Source of the DNA: Basidiobolus meristosporus CBS 931.73
Lineage: Eukaryota > Fungi > Basidiobolomycota
NCBI GenBank assembly: GCA_002104905.1
Contig: MCFE01000173.1
Span: forward strand, 79,280-143,279
DNA: 64,000 nucleotides
Direction: 5' to 3'
A model generated the notes under the pieces. The model did not search any database. It was not told where the DNA came from and saw only the letters and a list, made by a program, of their open reading frames with translations. This document shows, piece by piece, positions 39,418 through 51,966 of the stretch; the first letter of the stretch is position 1, and the number at the start of each line of letters is the position of its first letter. Made by a program: the position numbers and the translations under genes.

Positions 39418-42400
39418 TCATAAACACAAATCATCAGTCATTATACGGCCCAGCTTCATAGAGCCAAGCATGGCACTATTCTGTTGATTATATCCTACCA
39501 AGTTCGAGATATGAACCTCCCACGGTTGGCACTGATAATATTATTCATTCATTCCTCCAGGACCCAAATTTTGTTAATAATAAAGCTAAACTAGTAGCCG
39601 CCAGGATTCATTTGGGCTGCATGCTGGAAGAGGCAACATCTAGTTGATTTGGTTAAATCGGCCTTGATTGAATCCTACTCTGTCTCTGGGTGGTTTATTA
39701 ATGCAGGAACCCATGTATCCAATGAGGCATTTCCTAAATGATTTTAAGGTTTGCGGTCGCCAAGAATGGTCCAGGCTCGGGGCCCGACGTAGGGTACTTG
39801 TTGGTTCATGCGCGGCATGCTTCTGATGGTTACTCGCAAGTCCAGTAGGGGGGCTTCAACGAAACCCAGCGAATTCAGTGTGAAGGGGAGCAGACAGAGC
39901 AGCAACCAAGGGAGTTGAATATACCCACCTCATGGGTTTGCTTAGAGCATCGGCAGCATCTTTGCTGATCAAGCGTCAATCTTATGGGGGGGGGTTGAGA
40001 AACCGGTGCTGACATGGGTGCCAGTGAGCTGATGATACACTTATATGAGCAGCCAAAATATTAGACCGATTGGCCGAACAGGCCCCGGTGTACTCCAAAG
40101 CTTGTTATCTTGCCCGCTCATCCCGTATTCGCCATAACGAACGATCGCCACCTACCACGCCGTCCGCGAATCCAAGGGCGAGGAGATATTTGAATGTGGC
40201 CTGAAGGTTGAAGGGGCGGAAGATCCAATCTCCGTAGTACGAGCAACTTTGGCATGAGTATTTTACAGCAGATAGAGTTGGGAGTTAAGTAGGACCCCCA
40301 TTATTATGCGTGGTATGCTTTCTTCGTTGCCTTGAATTTTCCTGATTTCCAGGTCAGTCGCGAAAAGAGATACAGACCAAAAGTTGGCTTCCCACACAGA
40401 GTCGGCCAAGAGGAGACCAGTGGGAAAGCAGTGATATAGTGACCTTGCCTTGAATATATGGGCCATCTTTGCGGATCAGCCTCGGACTTGAAAGATCAAC
40501 CCGGGCTTGGCCGTCTTGCTTCACTCTGAAAGCTCCAGGCAAACAGCTTGCTGAGTGTCAAAAGCCATATTCCTCGCACTATCAATAAATCAGTTGGAGC
40601 CATTAATGGGGAGGTTTGTCATGAAGGATACCCAGTAAGTGTCACCCAAACTGGCTTGAATAGGAGCGGTTGCTGGAATGACACATTGGGCTTGGAATAC
40701 TGCCATCAGTAATGATACACATCATTACATCACCATGGACTATGCAAAATGTCTATGGAGGAAATATTCTTTGCACTACAGTCAATAACCTACGTGAGAA
40801 GATCTCGTGAAATGTACTCGGCAAATCTAGCCGGAGGTAGAGCTTGGTATCATCCTCCTAATCGAGGATTATCAATCATAGGTGGTGGTGCGGATTTGGG
40901 TCGAGAATGCCCAGGCCGATTTGTGTCGTGAGATTTGTATCTGCGTCACCAGCTGGGTCTAGGATAGTCCCAAGCTGAACAAAACCTAGATAACCAAAAG
41001 GTAATCCTCGATAGCAACCAGGAGAATCCATCCAGGTCAGACTTAATCATTTAGCCGAGATACTAGATGGCGTCTACCGCTACACTCTGTCACCACCTGT
41101 TCGGCTCTTCAGTTCACATTGCCCCCGCACCATCGGAAAACACGGCCAAGTACTCGAGCGTGCGCTGGTGTGAATGTGCAGTGTGGGTGGCGGGGCCACT
41201 TAGCTCCCCCTGCAAGCCTACGGCATACACGCTCCTTCCCAGCGTCCTTGGATACTGCAACCTGGCCCTTCTAGTCTTCGGAATGCCAGTTCTCATGGGC
41301 TACTTTACACCATTATCTGCGAAACAAACTCAATCACGGGGCTTCGATCTGTTTAGCACGGTGATAAATGGCATAGGAAGCGGACTTGATCCTGTATCGG
41401 CCTAATCCAACTTCGCATCCCCAGACTCCCAGGATGGAGGGGCCTCAGACTAATCCTCGATCTCATGCGGAGGATGGGGATTGTCTAGCTATCGCGATGC
41501 CAGAGTGATGATGTGGATGTTGGGGGATGTTGGGGAGGTGATGCTGGGATAAGACAACGCTTCCATTGCGATGGCTCAGGTGAAACACCGCCTCGCTTGC
41601 AGTGCGAGGATAAGGATACCACTACCGCTGCAGTGGCTCATGTGAAACAACCCATACTGCATTGGCAAGCCGTTATCTCTTTTAGCGGATTTCTGTGAAT
41701 GGAGCCATTTCGAGAGGTGAGGGTGGGCAGATAATCCGCGAGATTATCATCTAGATTAGTTTTCGAATCAGGATTGCTCGAGTCTGCCGCCTTCACCATT
41801 TGCTGGATTGCCCCCAAAAAACGCTAGTCTAGTCTCTTGGGTGCTGGGCATTCGATGCCCCAACACTGTCTAAGGTTCGGGCGGCGCATGATCATTGGGG
41901 CCCTGCCACACGCTGTGTCGAGAGCAGGGAGCGAGCACACCGTCGGCGTACTCCGGTTGTGGCCACCGCGCACACGCAGTGACTACACCTCTGGTTGGAG
42001 GATGTGGCGAGGATCCAAGTGCCGTGGATGAACATCGATCTATACGTCGCGAGCAAACAAACAGGCATGTGTGGCCCTCGAATCTGACCAGTCCGGCCTG
42101 ATAATCCCATGAGAGCCTCGGTAGTGACTTCCACTTTCGTCCCACTGGACGCCCGCAGAGGCTCGTTTGATTTGACTGATTCTGATGCTTGAGGCGATTA
42201 CTGAATATTACGAATGGCCAGCTGACCCAGGGTTGCTGTTGAATACGCTTGATCTCCAGGAGACACCGTTCTCGGAGTGCTAACCAATCGTGGAGGATTG
42301 CCCGAATCTTTCCCCACGATCAATTCCCATGGAAGTGATCTGAAATGGAAGCCCAATATCGCAATTCCAATGGAATCTCTCCAAAATGCGGAGTAAATCA

Positions 42401-43236
42401 TCGAATACCAGGGTTTTGTCGTGGATATGTGTACCTCGGGTTCCTCTTAATATGGTCATCTCTGAGATGTCGCCAGCAAAGATTATCAGTTGATTAATGA
42501 GGCAATGCTGGTAGCAGCTGCAATGCCCGTTACAAATCGTTGCTAATTGCTGCTGCCAGCGCTGATGTGGTTTTGACTCGGTGTAACTCTTGTCTTCCAC
42601 TGGAGCGGCTACCCTTGACAGGCGTAATCTCGAATGATTCCTTTCGTGTCTGCAGGCGATCTTTGTAGCAATCTCTTGCTTGCCCGTAACTGTGGATCCC
42701 TTCAGATAATCTAAATTCCAGGTTCAAATCAACTGGTCCCCCGAGCTAGTTGGCCAGATTGAAGCACAACATGTTGCCAAGCTACATTCAGTGCATTCTA
42801 GGCACTTCATGAATCTCGTTAGTTCATAGGCTTGTGCTTCGTGGTTTCATACTCTAATCCTTCCCAATGGGGATGTGGATGGCGAGTTTGATGGAGATAT
42901 AGTGAAGTGGGCCCCTGGCCAATCAGCGCCCCCAGATTCCAGATTACCCTGCAAAAAATTAATCATCGTTAGAACATCGTCCAGATGATCCTATTCATGT
43001 GGCATCATCTGTCGTTTTTATACAGATTACTGTGAGCTCTCATTCAGTTTGGGATGAAGTGGTCAAGATAATCAGTATAAACCAGTTATCTCTCGGATAA
43101 GAAGCTCGTGAGACTGGATCGTTCGTCATGGATTTCTGCTTTATATATTGATACGGTTTGCTTTGATCTACCAATTTTATCCTTCACATCGCCGTCTCTT
43201 CCTTCCCTCCAGCGGCCTACACACTTCTTCGACATC

Positions 43237-43920
43237 ATGCCCGCCACTGACTTGCTCGAGTCAGGATTGGCTAGTAAATTTCACCATGACCGAGCCGTTT
43301 CTCAGTTCGCCCTGTTTGCTGCTGACATTGCCACTTTCACCTGGTACCCACAGTTAGACCCCATGACTAGCTGCGCTAGTGATACTTTCAAAAACTACTG
43401 CCGAAGTATGCTACTCACGACGAAGGTGTCCTCCTCAGTCGTCATACTGGCATTGAAATACATACAACGCTTGAAGTTCTTGAACGCCCAACTTCAAGGC
43501 CAACCAGGCTCTGAGATTAGGATTTTCACTGTAGCGTTGGTTCTAGCCAACAAATATCTCGACGACAAGGTTTTGAATAAGCGCATGTGGTCTAGAGTGA
43601 GCGGCATAGCAATCAAGGAACTGAACCGCATGGAGCTAGAATTCCTTGCCTCCATCCAATATCGACTCATGGTCACCAAGGACGATTACTTCAATTGGTT
43701 GAAGTTTTTGGAGCACTTTATCACCACTCGAAACCAACACCTTACCAAGCTGAAGGAAGACGCCATTCCTACTGAAGATATGGATGACTGGTCTCCGGAC
43801 TATTCTGACACGCACCCGACAGAGCCCACGCCCCAGGAATTCAACGAACCTTGCCAGGTCCGTTTGAATCACAAGACGAAGCTTCTTCATACCGACAATA
43901 CACACCCCTTGATTAGTTAA
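43237..43920 (+). CDS. PHO85/Pcl-type (Pho80-like) cyclin
   Basis: Cyclin box VVILALKYIQRL...IFTVALVLANKYLDD...WSRVSGIAIKELNRMELEFL. First ATG at 43237. Confidence 0.9.
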   Translation: MPATDLLESGLASKFHHDRAVSQFALFAADIATFTWYPQLDPMTSCASDTFKNYCRSMLLTTKVSSSVVILALKYIQRLKFLNAQLQGQPGSEIRIFTVALVLANKYLDDKVLNKRMWSRVSGIAIKELNRMELEFLASIQYRLMVTKDDYFNWLKFLEHFITTRNQHLTKLKEDAIPTEDMDDWSPDYSDTHPTEPTPQEFNEPCQVRLNHKTKLLHTDNTHPLIS

Positions 43921-46246
43921 TAGCGTTGGATACCCACTCTTGATTATTTCTTTTAAACTGGCGTTTTCTTATTGACTGCGTAAAACGGATGAAAGAGCCT
44001 TGTCTTCCTGAGGTAGTCGTAGCTGTTGCCTTTCTGCGATCCACGGTCGCTCCACCAAGGCCATGGTTTGCTTTGCGTCCTAAATGGCGAAGTAGGCATT
44101 CTTCCCCCAGGCAACTGGGCCGCCGAAGTGAGGCGGCAGGTTGGCCATAGGGGGGATTGGGCTCCCTGCGAAAACCTCAACTGGGCACGTTCTTTCATCT
44201 AGACGAAATGACCGAGTGGGCAGGCCGGATTTCCAAGCGCTTTCCTGGTTGTCCACTCTCTCATCCGTCCCGAACCCTCATTCCAGCCCAAGCATGCCTG
44301 CGGCTCGCTACGTGTCTTGGCTGGACTCAGGAGTATGAACTTTTCTATAATTAGCGGATTCCTAGGTTTATGAAGCAGCACCTTCGGACGGTTCGATGAC
44401 CCATCTGGCGTGGCGGTTCGGCTCTGCAAGCGACCGGCAGCGTAATGGGATGCCGATGGGCATATTGCACCGGAGAAGGGGCTGGATTTGTTCATTTGAA
44501 AAATCTTTTATTTCAACAATTTCTTTCTATTTTGTGAGTGTGGTATTCAACGTAATTTCAGACCTTCCGAACACGCTTTTCCCCGATGATGGCGGGCAGT
44601 CCCACGGGTTACCCCGAGACATGGATTGCCTGCCCTTGTTTCTGAGATACCTCCGATCTTTGCCGGTTTTGTAGGTTGTTCTCTGGAGGAAAAGAAATAA
44701 ATCCCAAAAACCAAGCCATCTCGCATTCCCATCATCTTGCACTCTAGCGCTGTCGGCGAGCTTGAGGCGCCGCCGGTGGAGAGGCCCAACGAAATCTGCG
44801 CCCAAGGCAGCTGGAACACTCTGCGCCAGAATATGGAGGTGATGGCATGGGCCCATGATCACATCATTCGAATCTGGCCCGGAAATTCGATTATATGGAC
44901 TCGGGTCACATCTGCCTAATGGACAGAACTTTTCCAGAGACGAGATCGTCCACATAGGTACGAAGTAAATGGTGGAGCCGAACTCGTCGGGAATTGATCT
45001 GTACGAAGCTGTGCATATCTGCTCGCAGCCGCGTTGTATTTCAACCACCAGACATGCCCTTTCGGATCGTTTCGAATGACTGTCACTAAGGTTATCGATA
45101 CTGCGTAGAAATATAGCCATATAAGGGACACGGCACATGACTCGATGGGGTCGTTCGGGATTTCCTAATGTGGATACAACAACGGTAGACTATCCAGATA
45201 GGGTGACTGTACCGTTATACCATTTGGTGTCGAGCGACCCACAAGTGCATGCATGTTGAATCATTTGACGACGGTCGAGCCGATATGGCTCAGGAACCGC
45301 CGCGTCCAAAGTCACCCTAAGTTACGGTGGGTGCTGGGAATACCCAAATCGAATGTTCGTGCCATTCGTCGGCACCGGATATGCCGGAGATGACGAGAAA
45401 CCCATGATTCTTGATACGCAAAAGTCAGGAATCGCGCACACGATGGAGCCGTCTGGAGGCCCAGGTACTTTATCGCAACGAACATATGTGACTTGGGCTG
45501 GCTGTTCAGGCAGCCGTGAAGTCTGGATTTTCTGGACAGCGGAGCGTGCACAAATCTAAGTGCTGTTTAGAAATCAAACCATCCCTTCCAGGAGTCATTT
45601 TCGTCGATAATGCAAGCATGTTCTCCGGCATTTTCTGTGGTGATCAGGGCATACACCTGGATGTTTCCTCAATAGATAGCACGGAGCCCCCAAGTGGGCT
45701 ACTCTTCATCACGACGTCTGCTTCCGCTTTGGCAAGCTGGCGAATGGTTACTGCGATCACGGCCCCGTTGGCTTCGCTAGGTGGTTCCACCTTCGAACTG
45801 TAGGTGAGTAGAAGACATCGTTGGTGTTGCGGGGCATTTCAAGCTGCATACCCCCGTGTGGCCCTTACTTCGTTCCACCACATCAAACCGAGTCCAACAA
45901 CCACCTATCTACTTTGAGCCATGGTTGGCGAAGCAGGACTAGATAGCTACTCCCTGGTCTAGCTATCAAACCAGTTTCACCCGTGATGGAGTCAGTTGAA
46001 TATGGAACCAATTCAGATCGGTCAATTTGTTGTTGTTGTCAATTCATTGGTTCGTTCAATTCCCTGCACTATGCCAAGAGTAACTAGATTCTCTTGCGTC
46101 GCTGCGGAAAGTGCCTCATCAATTCGCAGTAGGTGAGACTCCTCTCAGCTCCTATGGTTGTTTGGCACCCGACTATTTATTTCTGAGCGCGCCTTCTTAC
46201 CCAACGACACACAATATAGCTACCCCCGCCCCATCTACCGAACCAC

Positions 46247-47437
46247 ATGGCAACATTGTTATTCGACGATATCGATTTTCCCAACGAGCTGTACGTCCAG
46301 GAAACTGGGGAGTTCGCAACCCCGGTACGTACCCTGCTGCAATTCACCCCCCACATACTTGAGAACCTGGCCAAACAGGAAAGTGAACAAGAGCCCATCC
46401 ACCCAAAGGAAACCGAGGAGCACCTCAAATACGCGCAAGAAGGTCCCCGTTCCGCAACGGAGCCAAATACCCAACCTTGGTGGTCGAGCTGGCTCGCTAC
46501 CGAATCCACAAAGAAAATCGCCCAGGAGTCGTTCAAATTCTGCCTAGAGATGGCCCGGCTGTACATGGAACAGTCGCAATGGCGTGAACGCCATGAAGCC
46601 ACCCGAGGGGACTTCCATCAGCAAACGGAGTCTCAAAAAAAGAGAAAAAGTGAGGAGGAAGAGAAGGAGGAAGAGAAAGAGAAGGAGAGGGAGAAAAAGG
46701 AGAAGCAGAAGGAGAGGGAGGAAAAAGCCGTAGAAACCCAGAGTGATCATTATGCCACGGCAGTCAGTGCGGCGGCTGGGATCTCGGCACTGACGTTATC
46801 CCTATATTCCACTTACAAGTTCTCCTCCTCTGTAGGGCAGATCACTTTTTACAACCAACTCACCCTGCTCCTGGAACACGTCGAGACCATACTCGAAACC
46901 ACCCGCTTTTGGATGCAAGAACAGGTGGACCCGATTCCACCCATGGTGAAAAAGGATGTCGAAAGGATTGAGAAGCTAGTTGACTTGATCCACAGACTTG
47001 ATCGCCGTTCGGAGAAAAAGATGGAGGCAACTGCCTGGGCAGCCGGGGCTTTGGGTAGTCTAGGCTTAGTTGGCGGGGTTGTGGTTGGGAGTACGATGGC
47101 TTTGGGAGGCGGGGCTGTTGTTGCGCTAGGCGGACTATTCTATGGCGTTTACTCAAGAGGACAATACTCATCTAAGCAATATTCCGATATCCGAGAGATG
47201 CTGGAGAGTGAGGCCAAAGAGATACTGCGACACGTCGGCGAAAAGCAACATGCGGCGAAGCTGATTGACCAATTTCGCCAGGTCCGACCCAAGGTCTACG
47301 ACATGTCGGACTTTCCTGAGGTTCCCGAGGCCGTTCCCAATACGGCCAACCGCTATCCCGCACAGGATGAAGCTTTCGTAAAATCTGCCACGAACCAGAG
47401 GCAAAAGGAAAGGGCTGCGCAGACGGCGTGGGCTTAG
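46247..47437 (+). CDS. Hypothetical membrane protein with a charged coiled-coil tract and a glycine-rich hydrophobic hairpin
   Basis: 396-aa ATG-initiated ORF with an E/K tract and hydrophobic segments AVSAAAGISALTLSLY and AGALGSLGLVGGVVVGSTMALGGGAVVALGGLFYG. Confidence 0.8.
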   Translation: MATLLFDDIDFPNELYVQETGEFATPVRTLLQFTPHILENLAKQESEQEPIHPKETEEHLKYAQEGPRSATEPNTQPWWSSWLATESTKKIAQESFKFCLEMARLYMEQSQWRERHEATRGDFHQQTESQKKRKSEEEEKEEEKEKEREKKEKQKEREEKAVETQSDHYATAVSAAAGISALTLSLYSTYKFSSSVGQITFYNQLTLLLEHVETILETTRFWMQEQVDPIPPMVKKDVERIEKLVDLIHRLDRRSEKKMEATAWAAGALGSLGLVGGVVVGSTMALGGGAVVALGGLFYGVYSRGQYSSKQYSDIREMLESEAKEILRHVGEKQHAAKLIDQFRQVRPKVYDMSDFPEVPEAVPNTANRYPAQDEAFVKSATNQRQKERAAQTAWA

Positions 47438-48918
47438 CTTTCCAACCCTTTGTATCATATCCAATCTAAGAATAAATGGTCATTAGACTGAATAAAACGT
47501 AGAAGTGTGTGTACAGCCCATTCATACCTGCCTAATCTTGTCGTCCTCATCCATTCCGCTGGGCTCTCCCTATGATCTGACCTCATTGTCGAGTCCAGTA
47601 GATCGACAGTATCATAGATCTTCGTGCTTATCGGAAACCTGCTCGGGAGCTGGGAACAAATGCCCTGCAGCCTGAGTTTCATACGGGATAAGATCACGGA
47701 AGATATCAATGCTAATCTCAAAGATAAACTCAGACAACTTATCATGGCGTTTGGTTTATTTTATGACGAGACCAAACTAACTTGATCTGGCTGGACCGCA
47801 CGTAAGGGTCATCACTGCCAAACCCCATTGTACGATCGGAATAGGTGCAGGTGCAGGTGCAGGCGCGGACACGGGCGCCTATCAACCATGCGTTGTCACC
47901 TCAAATCCGCTTCGCGAGCACGATCACTTGCTTAAAGCTACGGGAGCTCTTCGGCTGCGTAGTTCCCCGGGTGCCGTTAGATACAGATTAGTGTACGCAG
48001 GAGAATCCGTGATTGAGTCGAGTCGCAAGAGGCGAATCTATCAGACAACACTTTTAAACTTCTGGAGCACAGTAGCATCCAGAATGACCAGCGGCTCCTT
48101 ATGAGGTACGATCACTCCATTGTACATCTTGTGTCTGGACCCTGTGGTTTCTACCAGACAGGTTGGGATCGGTTGGTCCTAATCAGTCACTTAGGAAGGA
48201 AGTCGAAGCTTCATAGGCTGTTGGAAATGGCAGCTTGCCGTTTCTCAACTTGGCGGCATGCTGCTATTGGCGACTTGGATAACCATCGTATTAGATACTC
48301 ATTCATTGGTGTTCCAGGCCTAGTGTAGGGTTGAGGATTTATCCATAGCATGTGGTGCAAGGTAGCAGAGTCATCAGTGGTCAATATGAAGCGATTGAGG
48401 TAGGGACAGCGGTGCGAATAGACCGGTGAGGGCGGTGTTCTGTGGCTGAGTGGCTCAAGCAACAAGCTCTTCGCCTTGCCCTTCCACTGATTATAGCTGC
48501 TCACTCCAATATAAATAGGGGTCTAGGTAGGAGAAACGGTATGCAGAAGTAAGGTCCGCCATGCAAGCTCATTGTCTGCTAGTGTTTAAATAAATGTAAA
48601 ATTAAGCACCCTTGATAAAAAGGGCCATGATCGTGACTTTGCATATATCCATCTGCCTGACCATCAAGGCTGATGGGTAAAGAATGAATATATCATACAG
48701 GGCAGTGAGGATCCACTATTTTCCCACCACTGTGGCTAAGGAGAGCTAGGCAGCTACAGTATGGGCGATTGGGAGTATAAACATGATGCAGGACAAATGT
48801 ACGAGGATATCAATGTTTACTACCGAGATGTTTATTTGATGGCTGATCAACCCGTAGCTTTTCATCAAAGCCAATTGAATAGCATATTGCTCAAAGTTGC
48901 ACATGACTTACCCACCAT

Positions 48919-49695
48919 CTACTTGGCTACATTTCTTTTCGAAATCCATGCAAGATTTCGGACTGCCATGTCAAGTAGCATACGCGAATAAAGCCTGTGA
49001 AGCTGAACAGTCAGCCCGTCCCCACTGAGCCGACTTCGGAGCGAGGAGTCCTCAGCCGGAGCCAGCGTTGAGCCAAACCAGAAGGTGTAGTACTTTTTTT
49101 GTTCATCCTCCCCATGTGCTTGCACATTCCCATCGATTCCACCAACGGGCTTCGGGCCTTCTGCCGCTAACCAGCTGGCTCCCAACACCTTGCCATCATC
49201 AAGGGTAAAATGGAGTTCCAATTGTTTGGAATCACGATCAGCGACTGTGAACACATTGGATGCAACAGTATCGCCAATCTGAAAGCTTTTCGTCAATATC
49301 TCCTGATCGGTGTCGTGGTTGATACGATGCACGGAGGAGCGTAGGAAAGCAGGTGGAGAGAGTCGGAGTATTAGACGCTCCAACTTGAATATGGGCGATG
49401 TGTAAAACGCTCGAGCGTAGTGAACCAGTAAGGCGTCCGGATCAGTTCCGTCAGGTAATGACAGCTGTGAAGCGGGGATTTGGAGCATGAATGAATCCCG
49501 ATACAATCGAATTGGGTTCTGAGAGGCGGAGTCAGGCGCTTTGAAGCGTTTAGAGGTGTTTACCAGGCTCCAATCCGGGCCACTTGTTAGAGAATGAATT
49601 CTGCCTAAAGCCCTGCTGTAGAGATAGGCCACGGCGGATGCGGTACCAACAGATACAGTAAATAATGGGGTTGAGAGGAATCGGGAATAGACCAT
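48919..49695 (-). CDS. Hypothetical protein (258 aa) with an N-terminal anchor/targeting segment
   Basis: Long ORF from ATG 49695 with globular composition. YARAFYTSPIFKLER and LHRLYSRMLL resemble, from memory only, a conserved fungal DUF2867-like family. Confidence 0.75.
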   Translation of the reverse strand: MVYSRFLSTPLFTVSVGTASAVAYLYSRALGRIHSLTSGPDWSLVNTSKRFKAPDSASQNPIRLYRDSFMLQIPASQLSLPDGTDPDALLVHYARAFYTSPIFKLERLILRLSPPAFLRSSVHRINHDTDQEILTKSFQIGDTVASNVFTVADRDSKQLELHFTLDDGKVLGASWLAAEGPKPVGGIDGNVQAHGEDEQKKYYTFWFGSTLAPAEDSSLRSRLSGDGLTVQLHRLYSRMLLDMAVRNLAWISKRNVAK

Positions 49696-51449
49696 CTTTA
49701 ATAAGGTTGGTTGCTTGTTTGCGGTCTTTATAAGCATAAACGAATGCCACCCTATTCCATCCGATCTATATGTATTATCAGGTTTGAGTCTTGGGTCACC
49801 TGTTACACAGCCTCAGATATCATCCAGCACAAGCCCTTGAAATCTTCGGAATCAAAGGCTCCGGGTGTAGGTTACCTACGCTGGTCAACTGCGGGCATTA
49901 TGCAATCGTACCCGTTTACAGTATGGAATTGGGTATGCGCCAAGGCGAGAAAACTGTCCATCACCATTGGCCACTTGTTTGTGTTCAGAGGGATTGTCAG
50001 TATACTGCCCGTCGTTTGCAGCCAAATCTTAGGTGCATTGTTACGACGAAAACCTGACTTCTGTCATACCTTGTCCGTAGCAGCCCTAGCCTGGATTAGG
50101 GATGCCATATGCGTGGACGTTTATTGGATTATAAATCAATTCCCGAATTAGATTTAAGCTTAATGTGTATGCGGAGTTCTCATTATTTGTGAACTGTTGC
50201 CAATGGTAGAAGTCGGGGGTTTGAGCATAGACGTGGTCCTGAAATGTGCTCTCGAGTTGACATGTTGCCACTGCTAGGGGGTTTCTAGCCCTGGTAGATA
50301 GTGGTTGTAGAAACCCATTCTATCTCCGGACTCATTGGATATGACATCTTCGAGAATGTGAATATAGTATCCAGATTGATATGCTCCATGGAGTTTACAT
50401 AATAGTACCCATTAGTGCTCGACAGTGATTCGAAGTAGTTGAATGAGCATCACTATTTAGAATTGTTGATGGTTGCCGAATTTTGCCGGGCATCCGTTGC
50501 ATATTTATTAAATCAAGTTTTTGCGATGTGTAAGATCAATGAAAGGCACCAATTCCATTAGAAGCCCCCAACTCTTGTACGCTGCATACAGCACATGGTT
50601 GCTCGATGGGATCCATTCAGTATAAGACAAACGCTCTTAGTTTGTACTTTGTAGATGAACGGGCCCGATCCTTATCGCTAGGCGTTTACAGTAGGGTTGT
50701 GCAAACATATTCCCGATCACCATGCTCCACTTATTTTTAGAGGGAATATCCATCAAATACACTCCATATTGGTATCCTCACGCCTCCAAACTAGAGGGTA
50801 ACATTCAAAAACTGCGCTCATTTGGGGATGATTACCTACCTTGAGTAGATATTCCTTTCGAAAACTTCAGTTGGAAAAGAGTCCTGGGGTAAATACCACA
50901 TGAATTCCTACATCCGTTGCATAGTCAGAATGACGCATTACAAACTCATTTTGCCAAAGTACTCGCAAAGCTATGCCACTTATTAAGTACACTAGTTTAA
51001 GTGACCAATTTTTGAACGCTGCAGATAAAATTGCAGGCAGGCAATGGAATCAGATTAATTGTCATTTTCATATGCATCATAAACCTCTACTAAAGGGTGC
51101 CTACACTTTGGAAGAATATTGCACACTAATTGTAGCCGAAATATTGATTCATTCAGCTGTGCTAATAATGCATAAGACGCATATGTAATATCATTACTAT
51201 CAATTACCCTTTGAATTTACCTGTTGCAGTTATTTATTTTGGGACTCGAACTGTTCGAATTTTTTTGTACCTGGTTGATTGCAATATGAAGTACGAGCTC
51301 AGGGTTTGGCTCGTAAGAGATCGGCTATTTCTTCGAATTGATCAGTACCGAAAGCCATCAAAACTAGTCCAGATGAGATTAAACTTTTTCCACCACCCTC
51401 TGGGGCCATGCACAATGTAGTCCTTTCATTAGATTTGCGAAGTTTACCT

Positions 51450-51966
51450 GAAAGTATACATATATCAATAAACCTACGAGTATATATCATGTTCATCATC
51501 TGGTTCTCCAATACTCGCTAGAGTCTTCTAACAGCTCCAACCATCAATAACTATCATATTTTAGCCAAATATTATCAAAATGGTTGATTGAGATTATTAA
51601 GCCAATGCCTATAGCTCTTATCGTACATTTTTTTATCAAAAGCGTGGCGTATCTCATTTCTCTTTCAAGGATATTTTAGCGTACAATTTCTTGCAATATT
51701 GTAAGAATTTGGCCGGTTCAGACATCAAGGGACCCTTGGGTAGTCAGAGGCAGCTCAGAAGTGATGAAAACCACACTTACCTGTTGATGAGTAAAGGTTA
51801 TGGCTCAAAGCGCTGTAGATTAGCTTGCAAAACTTGTACTGCCGCTCATGTTACAGGCACTAAGGTTGAGTTTTCATGCAGCTGCAACCCTGGCCACCCA
51901 ACGTGTAAAAACTGCTATATCAGACACTTGAAAGTGGTATATGAAAAAACAAGTAATGCTCAATAA
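51450..51966 (+). pseudogene. Possible piggyBac-like transposase C-terminal relic
   Basis: Fragments KWLIEII / ANAYSSY / SHFSFKDILA and Cys-rich KRCRLACKTC...FSCSC...CKNCYIRH resemble the piggyBac C-terminus and CRD. Frameshifted. Confidence 0.4.

Noticed and set aside
44527-45138. 203-aa minus-strand ORF
   Set aside because: It has a non-ATG start in the track, no recognisable motif, and overlapping ORFs of similar quality in other frames. It is not supportable as a CDS.
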